The notes beneath the pieces were generated by a model that saw only the letters and a program-made list of their open reading frames with translations, was not told where the DNA came from and searched no databases. A DNA stretch of 64,000 nt from Octopus vulgaris (Eukaryota): positions 11,346,001 to 11,410,000 of the forward strand of contig OX597834.1 in the NCBI GenBank assembly GCA_951406725.2, read 5' to 3'. Positions within the stretch are counted from its first letter, which is position 1, and the number at the start of each line of letters is the position of its first letter. Below are positions 12,011-23,898 of the stretch, piece after piece. The position numbers and the translations under genes were made by a program.

Positions 12011-12277
12011 TCGTGTACAAAGATGTTGTACCCATCTTTATACTTAAATATTTACCGGCAGAGATAGGCACCCTGTCGGCCCTTCCATCGTATGGACCAG
12101 CAGAACAGCTTAAGAGGGAAACTGCTGCTCCAACCCTAGACTTGAGCGACGCGAAGGGGAGCGCCTTGCTCATGAATACAACTCACTTTTAAACATTCCT
12201 CATTAGTCCACGGAATGTTTTATGCTTAATCGACTCTCGTCATTGCAAACATATGTGGTATTGGTCAACTACCAATA

Positions 12278-12471
12278 GGCGGTGGGCTGGCAGAAACGTT
12301 AGCACGCCGGCCGAAATGCGTAGCCGTATTTCGTCTATCGCTACGTTCTGAGTTCAAATTCCGCCGAGGTCGACTTTGCCTTTCATTCTTTCGGGGTCGA
12401 TTAAATAAGTACCAGTGTCTGTCCTTGTTTGTCCTCTCTGTGTTTAGCCCTTTGTGGGTAGTAAAGAAATA
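12278..12471 (+). mobile_element. SINE family 1, internally deleted
   Basis: Family 1 head and tail; flanking duplication GGTATTGGTCAACTAC. Confidence 0.9.
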
Positions 12472-13205
12472 GGTATTGGTCAACTACAAGAAAACAGATA
12501 AAATCTGCATCATTTGAGTGGTACATGTATGGTACATGTATCATTGTGTTGTACATGTGGCATTGAAACAGTTTCGGCCAAACTATTTCGTAAGTACATA
12601 GTTATGTTCTTTTAATTTCTGAATGTAACACCCATATGCTTTGCTTGCCTTTGCATTTTTCCTTTTCATCCACCAAGGAACGATAGAATATATACCAATA
12701 AAAATACATGGGTCTTTGAAATCGACTGTCTCTTAAAGTGGTGCTGTGTCTATGCTAGGAATCAATAACATAAGCAGGAACTGTAGCCAGAAGTACTATC
12801 GGAGAAAATACGTTGTACTGCTTATTCACAATATCTAATTTCGATGTTTAAATTCTATCTGAGTCGATAAATTAAATTACCATGATGAACAAGAAGAGGA
12901 AGTAGAGTGTTGCTTAAGGAGAAATGTAGATTTCCTTAAAGAAAAAAAAAATGGAAATTTAACATATATTTTGTTTTATTATGGTTATTATTTCATAGAC
13001 TGAAATTATTTCGTGGTATTTTGTTTTTTTTTTATGAAGGTTTAGTTCGTTCAAAATATATGTATTTTCTAACGTTTTTTTTTTTTTCGAGCCCTCGGCG
13101 TCGGAAAACGTGTTTGTTTGAGTCCACGCGTCTATGAAAGTCCGCTTTCCGTCTTCCTTGCGTTTTATTTTCTTTTTTCGAGTCTTTCAGATTAATAGGG
13201 TGAAC

Positions 13206-13360
13206 ATCATCATCATCATCATCATCATTATCACCACCACCACCACCACCACCACTATCATCATCATCATCATCATCATCATCACCATCACCATCATCAT
13301 CATCATCACCATCATCATCACCATCATCATCATTATTATTATTATTATTATTATTATTTA
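13206..13360. repeat. (CAT)n/(CAC)n/(ATT)n trinucleotide tract
   Basis: Seen directly. Confidence 0.95.
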
Positions 13361-14094
13361 TTTGTTATAAGAAACTGCGTGGTATATATATATACACACG
13401 TGCATACATTTGTTGAAAAGATTTTATATTTCTGCCAGCTTGTGAGTTGTTGTGAAAAATATAAGAGGGAAGATGGAAAGAATGTAAATATATTTTTATA
13501 AAATATTAACAGAGCCAACTGATTTCACCTTTACTAATCATGACTAAGAAATTAGCGAAATATTACAATGTCAAGTTATGATAAGAAATCCTCAGTCCAT
13601 ATTAAGAAGGTAATGGCGAACTTCTGCTCACTCTTTCGCCACAACTTTCACTCTTTCCTCGTGCATCTTGCATCTCACCAGCGACGGACGGGCATCTCGT
13701 CCAGGTGGGGAACCTACATGCCAAGGAAACCGGGAAACCGGCCCTTATGAGCCAGGCATGGCTCGAGAAGAAACAGACAACATTTCTAACCTAAATGCAT
13801 ATTTCTGCTGTTACAGCTAAACCATGGTAAATGTTCTGTCACCACTAATGTTTATTTCTAACTTAGCTGTTAGTGGGCGGAGCTACAATTAGAAGTTGGC
13901 CAGATGTAGCAGTTTCATCCCATCTGGCATGCTTTTTCCAATGTTCAGGTCCGTATCTTTAAGACAGTAGGACATTATTTGTAGATTTCGTTGCTCTTTC
14001 TAGCAAATAATGGAACCACTTAGAGACTCTCTTGGTATCTCGTGGCTAACCTGGTCTCAATGGCTGATAGATAACATCTTTATTTTTTATTTAT

Positions 14095-14377
14095 GCGCCC
14101 TTTTCAAGTCTAGCCAGGCTCATGGGCCCGGTTTCTCAGTCCCTATGGCGTACGTGTTCCCCCGCCAGTAGTACGGGACGCCAGTCGATCGCAGCATTAC
14201 TCAAGAAACAAGTGAGAGAAAATTGGGCGAAAAAGTACAACAGGGATCACCACCACCCCCTCCCGGAGCTTTAGGTGTTTTCGCTCAATAAACACACACA
14301 ACGCCCAGTCTGGGAATCGAAACCGCAATCCTCCGACCGCGAGTCCGCTGCCCTAACCACTGGGCCATTTTGCCTCC
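14095..14377 (-). mobile_element. SINE family 3 variant; a related partial copy lies in opposite orientation at about 13610-13775
   Basis: Minus-strand head GGAGGCAAAATGGCCCAGTGGTTAGGGCAGCGGACTCGCGGTCGG...GGTTTCGATTCCC, tRNA-like with TCG at the anticodon position (Arg-like). Confidence 0.8.
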
Positions 14378-14598
14378 ACGATAAATGACAGAATGTACTT
14401 ATAATGTTTCTGCATGATAATCACTTCAATGCTGACGAAAGAAAAATGGTAACTAAAGAAAACTTAACCGTATTGCTGAATTCTATTAAAATTCCATTTA
14501 ATATCTTCATTTGAACTTATTCCCTAACAAGTTTGAGAACATATTCCCATACCTGTATGCTCGAAAATATTGTTTATATTATAATGTATATTGGCGAA

Positions 14599-14829
14599 GG
14601 TGGTGAGCAGGCAGAAACGTTAGCAAGCCGGGCGAAATGTGTAGCCGTATTTCGTCTGCCGTTACGTTCTGAGTTCAAATTCCGCCGAGGTCGACTTTGC
14701 CTTTCATCCTTTCGGGGTCGATAAATTAAGTACCAGTTACGCACTGGGGTCTATGTAATCGACTTAATCTCTTTGTCTGTCCTTGTTTATCCCCTCTATG
14801 TTTAGCCCCTTGTGGGCAGTAAAGAAATA
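14599..14829 (+). mobile_element. SINE family 1 with 19-bp TSD
   Basis: TSD TATAATGTATATTGGCGAA at 14580-14598 and 14830-14848. Confidence 0.92.
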
Positions 14830-14893
14830 TATAATGTATATTGGCGAACACGGTTGCATATATATTTTTGATGAATAATCATAAGAACAATTT

Positions 14894-15073
14894 AGGCGTA
14901 GGAGTGGCTGTGTGGTAAGTAGCTTGCTTACGAACCACATGGTTTCGGGTTCAGTCCCACTGCGTGGCACCTTGGGTAAGTGTCTTCTACTGTAGCCTCG
15001 GGCCGATTAAAGCCTTGGGAGTGGATTTGATAGACGGAAACTGAAAGAAGCCCGTGGTATATATGTGTATATA

Positions 15074-15111
<38 letters not shown>

Positions 15112-15325
15112 TGTGTGGGTGTGGGTGTATCTGTCCCCCCAACATCGTTTGACAACCGATGCTAGTGTGTTTACGTCCCCGTAACTTAGCGGTTCGGCTA
15201 AAAAGAGACCGATAAAATAAGTACTAGTCTTACAAAGAATAAGTCCTGGGGTCGATTTGCTCGACTAAAGGCGGTGCTCCAGCATGGCCACAGTCACATG
15301 ACTGAAACAAGTAAAAGAGTAAAGA
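14894..15325 (+). mobile_element. SINE family 2
   Basis: Collinear with the other copies. Confidence 0.9.
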
Positions 15326-15956
15326 GAGAGAGAGAGAGAGTATGTATATAAATTTATTGAATCAATATGGTTATTGCATCGTGGTTGTAGATCTTTTTCC
15401 AGTTTCTGGCTTCGAATTTCAATTCTTTTGAACGCATGAGTATGTTGACGTACCAGCTTCACTTTGAAACAGCTTAATGCAGGAACTCAAAGCTTCAAGA
15501 AGCAGCATCTGTGACCAAGCTGGAAGAGACAGCTGGTTTCTAAATACATTATTAACCTGAAAATGTACGAAAACATTAGTAAAAAATAACAGCATATATT
15601 TTACAGGGTCTTAAGGCTTCTTTCGTCTTCCTTTTTTGTATTGCTTTGTTTTTTATTTTTTTGCTTTTCATCACCGTCTTTTTCTTAGTTCATATTTCTG
15701 TTTAAGGTTGTCAGCACATGGAAAGAATCGCACCAGTGATATTCGTGGGGCTGCTGTGAGTGGTAAAATGATGCAGTAGAGGTTCAGTTTGTTTGGCTGC
15801 AAATCGATACATTTTGGAAAAGAATTGAGAGAATGGTAAAGAACTGACGAAGGGGTGTCTTTGTGATCGATCCACTCGGTAGAAATATCAACGAAATAAA
15901 CCACATTTTACCAAGGAAATCATGCAGTGGAAAATGAAACTTTAAATAATCTTTTC

Positions 15957-16215
15957 TCTCTATATATAAAAGGCAGTTTGTCTGTCTGTGTGTCTGTCAG
16001 GTTGTACCCTCACCCTGACCACGGCTTTCAACCGATTCTGATGAAACTTGACACACACATAGCCCAATGTCATAATTCAAAACTAACGCAGCGAAAATTT
16101 TTAAAAGTTCCCCCAGTTCTGAAAAAAATCGATAAATTCGACATGTAAAAAGATAAAGGGCATTGCTTATCGACAAAGTTTCTTACATACCCGGACAACA
16201 CCGGGCTACAATACA
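15957..16215 (+). mobile_element. Non-autonomous Helitron, family B
   Basis: TCTCTATATATAAAAG...GTCTGTCTGT 5' end and hairpin CCCGGACAACACCGGG near the 3' end; terminal CTAG degenerate. Confidence 0.6.
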
Positions 16216-16427
16216 TGAGAAATAAAATCGAGGTGTTCACGGCTGCGATCTCTGCGTCCGTAGGTCTGCTCATCAAATTTAACGTGAAGTGAAACAACAC
16301 GAGTGCAAGAGGAAACTTCTAGAATGTTGAGTCTTTTAACCGGTTGTGGCAATATTAAAACACATTGGGGCAAAACATGTCGATGGTGGGCGCTATTCTT
16401 ATACTTTAGTACCATTCTTATATATTA

Positions 16428-16690
16428 GTTGTTTTTTTCTTCAATTTCTGCAATTTCAACCAATCACTGACGTCTATTGAGTTAAAAAGCATTCTGTGCC
16501 GTATGAGTATGTCTCTCGTTTAAGAAACAGATTGGGTTTATTTACATTTGTGAAGAAAAAAAGATACCCTTCCCCCACCTCTAACTCTAAAAGAGATTGA
16601 AATGCATAGATCGATTCTAGGGTCATAATTATGGGTGACAATTTCATATGACACCGCTAGAAAAAACTGCCGTTCAAACCGAAAAGATCT
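16428..16690 (+). mobile_element. MITE family M (GGATCTTTTCGG TIR), 3' half
   Basis: Ends AAAAACTGCCGTTCAAACCGAAAAGATC; collinear with 17940-18214. Confidence 0.85.
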
Positions 16691-17266
16691 AGCCCTTCTT
16701 CCTAGAACAGAAAAGGATAAGATAAGTAACAGCTGAGTATTGGTTCGATGCCATTGATTTCTCCCTTCCCACACAGCTGTTGGCGTGGTACTAAAGTTAG
16801 AAAATGTGATAATAGTTAAATTGATAGAGCAGCGTGTTGGACTGGGCGAGTCGTTAAACCTACGAAAACTGTATTATTTTAAACTTCTGGTGGGGACAAC
16901 TTTGCGTTCAAACTTAAAATACCACTCCTGTATTAGTATCGATGATATAGACTAACCCTTTGCTCAAAGTTGCTGAACTTCTGTCAAGATTCGAAACTAT
17001 AATTAAAGGCAGTTGGGCGTGGGGAAAAATCATTGCAAATCTTGGCTCTTTAAGTTCGGTGTTCAAATCCCGTCGAGGTCATACTTGACTTTCAGAATCG
17101 ATAAAATAATGTACCATTCAAGTTCTGCAATTTCAATGATATCGAGAAACAGCCTACACCCAAAACTCCTGGCTCTGTGTGTAATTCAGAAGCAATTATT
17201 AGAAGCTTCGTGGCTTAGTTTTTATGTTATCATTGGGTCGGGGGTTCGATATATGGACCCGCTTAA

Positions 17267-17440
17267 GGCGGTAGAAACGTTAGCACGCCGGGCGAAATGC
17301 TCAGTGGTATTTCGTCTGCGATTACGTTCTGAGTTCAAATTCCGCCGAGGTCGACTTTGCCTTTCATCCTTTCGGAGTCGATAAATTAAGTACCAGTTAC
17401 GCACTGGGGGTCGATATAATCGACTTAATCCGTTTGTCTG
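17267..17440 (+). mobile_element. SINE family 1, 3' truncated
   Basis: Collinear with family 1. Confidence 0.85.
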
Positions 17441-17796
17441 GTCAAATGCAGAGAAGTCGAGTTACTCTCTAATTCACTCTTGCTTTTTTTTATCTGCGAG
17501 AATTTGCAGATGTATGACACTGAATACCAAATTATACTCACTTGTGAGTAGTGACAGTTGTGCTTTTAATAAGGTTGTAATCTGACAGACTCATTAGAGC
17601 TTAAGAATTATTTGTGGTATGTGTTCTGTCTCTTGCATCCTATATATTCAAATGACATCGAATATCAAGAAAGTGCTAGTGAAGTACCTTTTACCAGTCA
17701 AGAACTACGGGCAGTTTAATTGAATAATATACTCTCCATAAATACGTAACGTTGGTACTGAGTTAGAAATATATATTTTTAAAGAACGGGCATTTC

Positions 17797-18214
17797 GGAT
17801 CTTTTCGGTTTGAACGGCAGTTTTTAACATAATTTCTAGGTAACTAAAAAATGTTAAACTTCGTATACTGGTAGAATCTGTTTATAAAACATCTTTTTCT
17901 CTTGGCTTTATTGAGAAAACTCTATAGATTGTAAGATATTTGTTGTTTTTTTTTCAATTTCTGCAATTTCAACCAATCACTGACGTCTACTGAGGTAAAT
18001 AACATTCTGTGCCGTATGAATATGTCCCTCGTTTAAGAAACAGATTGGGTTTATTTACATTTGTGAAGAAAGAAAGATACCCTTCCCCCACCCCTAACCA
18101 ACTCTAACCCTAAAATAGATTGAAATGCAATAGATCGATACTAGGGTCATAATTATGGGTGACAATTTCGTATGACACCGCTAGAAAAAACTGCCGTTCA
18201 AACCGAAAATATCC
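17797..18214 (+). mobile_element. MITE family M, full length
   Basis: 29-bp TIRs GGATCTTTTCGGTTTGAACGGCAGTTTTT / AAAAACTGCCGTTCAAACCGAAAATATCC. Confidence 0.9.
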
Positions 18215-18488
18215 AACATACTCTCCATAAATATGTGACCTTGGTACTGGGTTAGAAATATATATTTTTTAAAGAACGGGCATTTCTTTTTTTAACTTTC
18301 GTGTACCCAGCTTGTCGTTTTCAGAAGTCGTAGATTTGCTGTCATGCTGTCGTCAACAATAGGTGGATACTTTACTATCGACGAGATAGCTTCTATTACT
18401 ATGTCAATCTAAAATTAGTAACGCTATAATACGGGCATAGTCAGGTTCAAATGACTCCCGGCCTTAACAAAGAAATTGAAAATATTAG

Positions 18489-18640
18489 CAATGAAAAATA
18501 TTCGAAGGGAATGATTATGAGTGTAACGTCTATCGTCAAAGGTCTTCTTTATTGAGGCAACATTCAATGAAAAATATTCGAAGGGGATGATTATGAGTGT
18601 AACGTCTATTGTCAAAGGTCTTCTTGATTGAGGCAACATT
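18489..18640. repeat. Tandem duplication, 2 x 76 bp
   Basis: CAATGAAAAATATTCGAAGGG...GAGGCAACATT twice, about 3 mismatches. Confidence 0.9.
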
Positions 18641-18770
18641 AGCAAATGATAGTTCAAACTTAAGTATTTTTATAATTATTTAAAATAATAGATAGAAATA
18701 CAATGGAAACCGCAATCGAAATCATTTGCAAAGGAAGAAAAAATGCAATGTTTTTGTTTTACATATAATA

Positions 18771-18911
18771 TAAGGTTGTCCCAAATGTTCGTAGAAAGTC
18801 TTGGAAAATAATGGTCTTTATTTTGAGGAATAATTTTTGTTGTTTTTGTTAGTACTTGGCGAGTAAAAATTCAATTTTCGCAAGTGTTTACGAACTTTTG
18901 GGACAACCTAA
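18771..18911. mobile_element. Tc1/mariner-type MITE
   Basis: TA|TAAGGTTGTCCCAAATGTTCGTA ... TACGAACTTTTGGGACAACCTAA|TA; TA TSD. Confidence 0.8.
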
Positions 18912-19942
18912 TAGTAGCGTAGCATTTACCACAACTGTAAGATTTCCAGGGTACTAAAAACATTTGTATAGAACGGGCTAAAAGAGGAACATCTTCGACA
19001 ATGATGAATTAGGCTGCTCTTTTTTGTAAGTGCTGCAGCTGTCTAATAATGGGTCCAAAATGGTTAGTATTTCCTTCTGCCTGTTTGGGGAAGACTTAAG
19101 TGACTGTATGAACGTGCGTTTGATGGTTGTGATGATGAATATCAACATGTGCGGAGACAAGATTGACCCGCTCGGAGTGTTGGTGATTCTTTATTACCCA
19201 CTAGGGGCGACACAGAGGGGACACCAGAAGACATTGGGGACATAGAACATTACAATTAATAGTATGGAGAATGCATTTTTAGAATGATAATGATAATATG
19301 AAAGCGATGCTGACGGCCCCATCCGCCAGCACCACTTACCTGTCCTTCACAACTCTTCGTCACCTATCATCTCCAATCAAAAGCCCCTCTTTTCTTATCA
19401 CTTTCTCAAATATCCTTTCATACTCTTTTATCTTCTCATTCGAAAATTCCACCTCAATCGCTTTTACACCCTCATTTACACACATCTTCATTGTGTCCAT
19501 TACTTCGCCTTCCACCACTAAGTAACTCCCATCTTCTCCCTCATGCCATGCTTCTTTGCCAAAGAATCTTGTTGAGTTCTCATTGTCTTCCTTTTTTTTT
19601 TCAAAACATAAAAAATGGGACTTGGGCTCGGAGTGTTGGTGGAGTTCGACGAACTGCCACCCATAGTTGAACTCAGAGACTTGGAGCTTTCATGAGGTAT
19701 TAAAAAGGAAAAAAAAAAGAGTAAAATTGTTTTGTTGAAAGAAAAAAAAGGAAAAAGTAGAAGTGTGTCATGTAAAAAAAAAAGAATTAGAAAAAAGAAT
19801 GATTAAGAAAAATCAATAGAAAAATAGAACGATTGTAAATAGTGGGTATAGACGTTCAAATGGTACTGCATGGGAATGGGGCCCCATGCAACCATTTCAT
19901 TGCTTCATTTTTATATAACATTTCATTCTCATTTGTTTTATG

Positions 19943-20344
19943 AGATCTTTTCGGTTTGAACGGCAGTTTTTAACATAATTTCTAGGTAACTAAAAAATGT
20001 TAAACTTCGTATACTGGTACAATGTGTTTATAAAACATCTTTTTCTCTTGACTTTATTGAGAAAATTCTATAGTTTGTAGGATATTTGTTGTTGTTTTTC
20101 TTCAATTTCTGGAATTTCAACCAATCAGTGACGTCTATTGAGTTAAAAAGTGCCGTATGAATATATCCCTCGTTTAAGAAACAGATTGGGTTTATTTACA
20201 TTTGTGAAGAAAAAAAGATACCCTTCCCCCCACCCCTAACTAAAACAGATAGAAATGCAATAGATCAATATTAGGGTCATAATTATGGGCGACAATTCCA
20301 TAGACACCGCTAGAAAAAAACTGCCGTTCAAACCGAAAAGATCC
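19943..20344 (+). mobile_element. MITE family M with 8-bp TSD (Merlin- or hAT-like)
   Basis: TIRs as above; TSD GTTTTATG at 19935-19942 and 20345-20352. Confidence 0.9.
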
Positions 20345-20699
20345 GTTTTATGTTTTATGTTCCCATTGTGGTGTTGTGCCTGTCCTTGTAGCGCCAAATA
20401 AAGAAATAAGTGATGAATATCTAGTTCCTTGTGTTAGTACAGCCAACCGCTCATCGCCGAGTAGAGTCTGCGAGTGTCTATCGCAGACTGATTCATATTC
20501 GTAATGATGGCAATCCTCGCAGTCTTCGTGTTTGTAGATACCGTCTGTCATCTCTCTGTTGGTATAGCCAGCCTCAGCAGTGAGTAGACTGCGCGTGTCT
20601 GTGAGTGTTGTCGCTAACATAGCACACAGACCTGCACAGTCTCTTCACCTATGAGGGAGCGTTTGGAAATCGTTCGCATGTCCGGTCGCATCTTCGTTA

Positions 20700-21153
20700 T
20701 TTCACATGATTTCTCTCCAAGTAGGCGAAAATATCTTTAAAGCCGCACTGACTCAGTTCTGAAACGTAAATACCACACCAAATCTTTTCACACAGAAATT
20801 AAAAATAAAATTTCGGATTTATTTTATTATGCCTGTAAAGGAAAAAAAAAACAACCCTTTCTTCACACAACTTGCCGTTTAATTGTTGAAATCTTCTGTA
20901 AATAATTAATATAAAATATATATTTCGGATTTCACATGATTTCTCTCCAAGCAGGCGAAAACATCTTTAAAGCCGCACTGACTCAGTTCTGAAACGTAAA
21001 TACCACACCAAATCTTTTCACACAGAAATTAAAAATAAAAATTTCGGATTTATTTTATTATGCCTGTAAAGGAAAAAAAAAAAAAACCTTTCTTCACACA
21101 ACTTGCCGTTTAATTGTTGAAATCTTCTGTAAATAATTAATATAAAATATATA
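20700..21153. repeat. Tandem duplication, 2 x about 230 bp
   Basis: TTTCACATGATTTCTCTCCAAG...TATAAAATATATA at 20700 and 20930, near-identical. Confidence 0.92.
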
Positions 21154-21165
21154 CTTTTCTATTCT

Positions 21166-21368
21166 AGGCACAAGGCCCGAAATTTTGAGGTAGGGGGCCA
21201 GTCGATCAGAACAACCCCAGTACACAAGTGGTACATAATTTATCGACCACGAAAGTTTGAAGAGCAAAGTCGACCTCCCTCGGTGAAATTTGAACTCAGA
21301 ACGTAAAGAGGCGAAACATCGCTCAGCATTTTGCCCGGCATGCTAACGTTACTTGCAGCTGGTCGCCT
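21166..21368 (-). mobile_element. SINE family 1 variant, diverged
   Basis: AGGCACAAGGCCCGAAATTTTG...AAAGTCGACCTC...TTTGAACTCAGAACG is the reverse complement of family 1. Confidence 0.75.
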
Positions 21369-21600
21369 TTTAATGTACAACATTACATCAATATATTGCC
21401 TTGATTCAGTTAAAACTGTGCGTTAAAACAATATTATTCTTATTCAGATGATAAAACTACGAAAGCCTTGCGGGGGAAAAGTGTCAGAAAACAATAGAAT
21501 GCCGGATTAAATACGCACAAAGGTTTTAATTCTAAGCATTCTGGTTTCGAATACCAAAGGAGTTGACTTTGTTACCTGAAGATATGTAAAATATTTATGT

Positions 21601-21995
21601 TGTGGCTGTGTGGTAAGTAGCTTGCTAACCAACCACATGGTTCCGGGTTCAGTCCCACTGCGTAGCACCTTGGGCAAGTGTCTTCTGCTATAGCCCCGGG
21701 CCTACCAATGCCTTGTGAGTGGATTTGGTAGATGGAAACTGAAAGAAGCCCGTCGTATATATGTATATATATATATATATATATGTATATGTGTATGTCT
21801 CCCTAGTATTGCTTGACAACCGATGCTGGTGTGTTTATGTCCCCGTCACTTAGCGATTCGGCAAAAGATACCGATAGAATAAGTCCCAGGTCGAGATACA
21901 AAGAATAAGTCCCAGGTCGAGTTGCTCGATTAAAGGTGGTGCTCCAGCATGGCCGCAGTCAAATGACTGAAACAAGTAAAAGAGTAAAAAGAGTA
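21601..21995 (+). mobile_element. SINE family 2
   Basis: Collinear with the other copies. Confidence 0.9.
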
Positions 21996-22204
21996 AAACA
22001 GTAATATTGGTTTGGTAAAAATCAATCTGCCACACAAATATGTACATCCTATTTAGTCAAAGTAACTTATAAGGCATAAATATGGCGCATCATAACTTCG
22101 AGAGACATTGTGGCTGTCGCTTTCATACATATTGTTTTCCAACTAAAAACAAGAGCTAACCGGTAGATAACGAAAGCAACCAAATCTCTTTTAAATTACC
22201 TATA

Positions 22205-22612
22205 CTCTCTTTTTCTCTTTTACTTGTTTCAGTCATTTGACTGCAGCCATGCTGGAGCACCGCCTTTAGTCGAGCAAATCGACCCCGGGACTTATTCTTT
22301 GTAAGCCCAGTACTTATTCTATCGGTCTCTTGCCGAACCGCTAAGTGACGGGGACGTAAACACACCAGCATCGGTTGTCAAGCAATGCTAGGGGACAAAC
22401 ACAGACACACAAGCACACACACGCATATATATATATATACATATATACGACGGGCTTTTTTCAGTTTCCGTCTACCAAATCCACTCACAAGGCATTGGTC
22501 GGCCCGAGGCTATAGAAAGAAGACAGTTGCCTAAGATGCCACGCAGTGGGACTGAACCCGGAACCATGTGGCTGGTAAGCAAGTAACTTTCCACACAGCC
22601 ACTCCTGCGCCT
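22205..22612 (-). mobile_element. SINE family 2
   Basis: Reverse complement of family 2, full length. Confidence 0.9.
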
Positions 22613-23734
22613 ATAAAATATATTTTTTTTAAATCAAAGGATGGGAAGAACATTGCTGAATGAGAAGTCTGAGATTATTTCTTGATCGATCATTGATAAA
22701 CTTCAGCTAAACAACCATTATTTTTTTCCTGTAGTGAAATGAAAACGAAGAAGATTTACTTAAAAAAAAAAACCAAGATGTATATTCAAAGAAAAGTATA
22801 AAAACAATTTTCTATAATTCTGTGGTAAGAAATTAATGTAAAATAAATCTAAAATTTACACCCAAAATTTCTGATAGTTTACATGTCCTTTCATACAAGA
22901 GCTTAGCTTCTTATAGTAAGCATTATTAACAGACGGCAAGAAGCTAACTAGGATATTCTCTACATGGTCAGAAACGCCAGTTAAACTTTCCTTGAAATCA
23001 AACTATTTTTATTAAGAACAGAGGGTACACTGGCTGCAATGTATTACCTCCCCTCGCAAAATAAATGGTTTAGTCAAGAACTTCTGTCTACTTTCTAAAG
23101 GCTGACTTAGAATTTAATTATAATATACAACTCCTTCGGGATTCGAAACCAGAATGCTTAGAATTAAACTCTTTGTACGAATTTAATCCGGCATTTTATT
23201 GTTTTATGACACTTCCTGCAAGGCTTTCGTAGTTTTTCATTTGAATAAGTCGAGCGAAACAGGAGGCCACGGATTTTGGATACCTTAACAAAAGATTTGT
23301 CACGCAATACCAAGGAATAAATGTTTCTACTGAAGAAAACAGAACAGAAAAAGGTAGGACTATTTTGATAGTATAAATGATTTGTTGGAATCTACCGTGC
23401 GTAGTATCCTAGTTTAGTTTCATATAACTTCGTGATATATTTTTACATAGATATTGCAAATTCTTGTTTTGTCCTCGTAGCTTTATCATTATTCATAACA
23501 CACTGTTATGTTTCCTGAATTCTTCTTGCCATTATTCTCTATAGTTCACTCATGCCATTTTAGTCTTTGACTTATTTTCCTTGATAAGGTGGCAACACCG
23601 AATCAATTTGCATTGTATCTTCAATTCATGACTTATATTCGTACAAATACTTTTTCTTTCTTCTGTTCATATCTACCTGAGTTGTGTTTTCTATTGGTAA
23701 CAGTTTCAGTTCTGGATCATCATTATTATTATTA

Positions 23735-23878
23735 TAGGTTGACTTTGCCTTTCATCATTGCGGGATCGATAAATTAAGTACCAGTTACACACTGGGGGTC
23801 GATATAATTGACTTGATATCTTTGTCTGTCCTTGTTTGTCCACTCTATGTTTAGCCCCTTGTGGGCAATAAAGAAATA
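23735..23878 (+). mobile_element. SINE family 1, 5' truncated
   Basis: Collinear with the family 1 3' half. Confidence 0.8.
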
Positions 23879-23898
23879 ATAATTATTATTATTATTAT

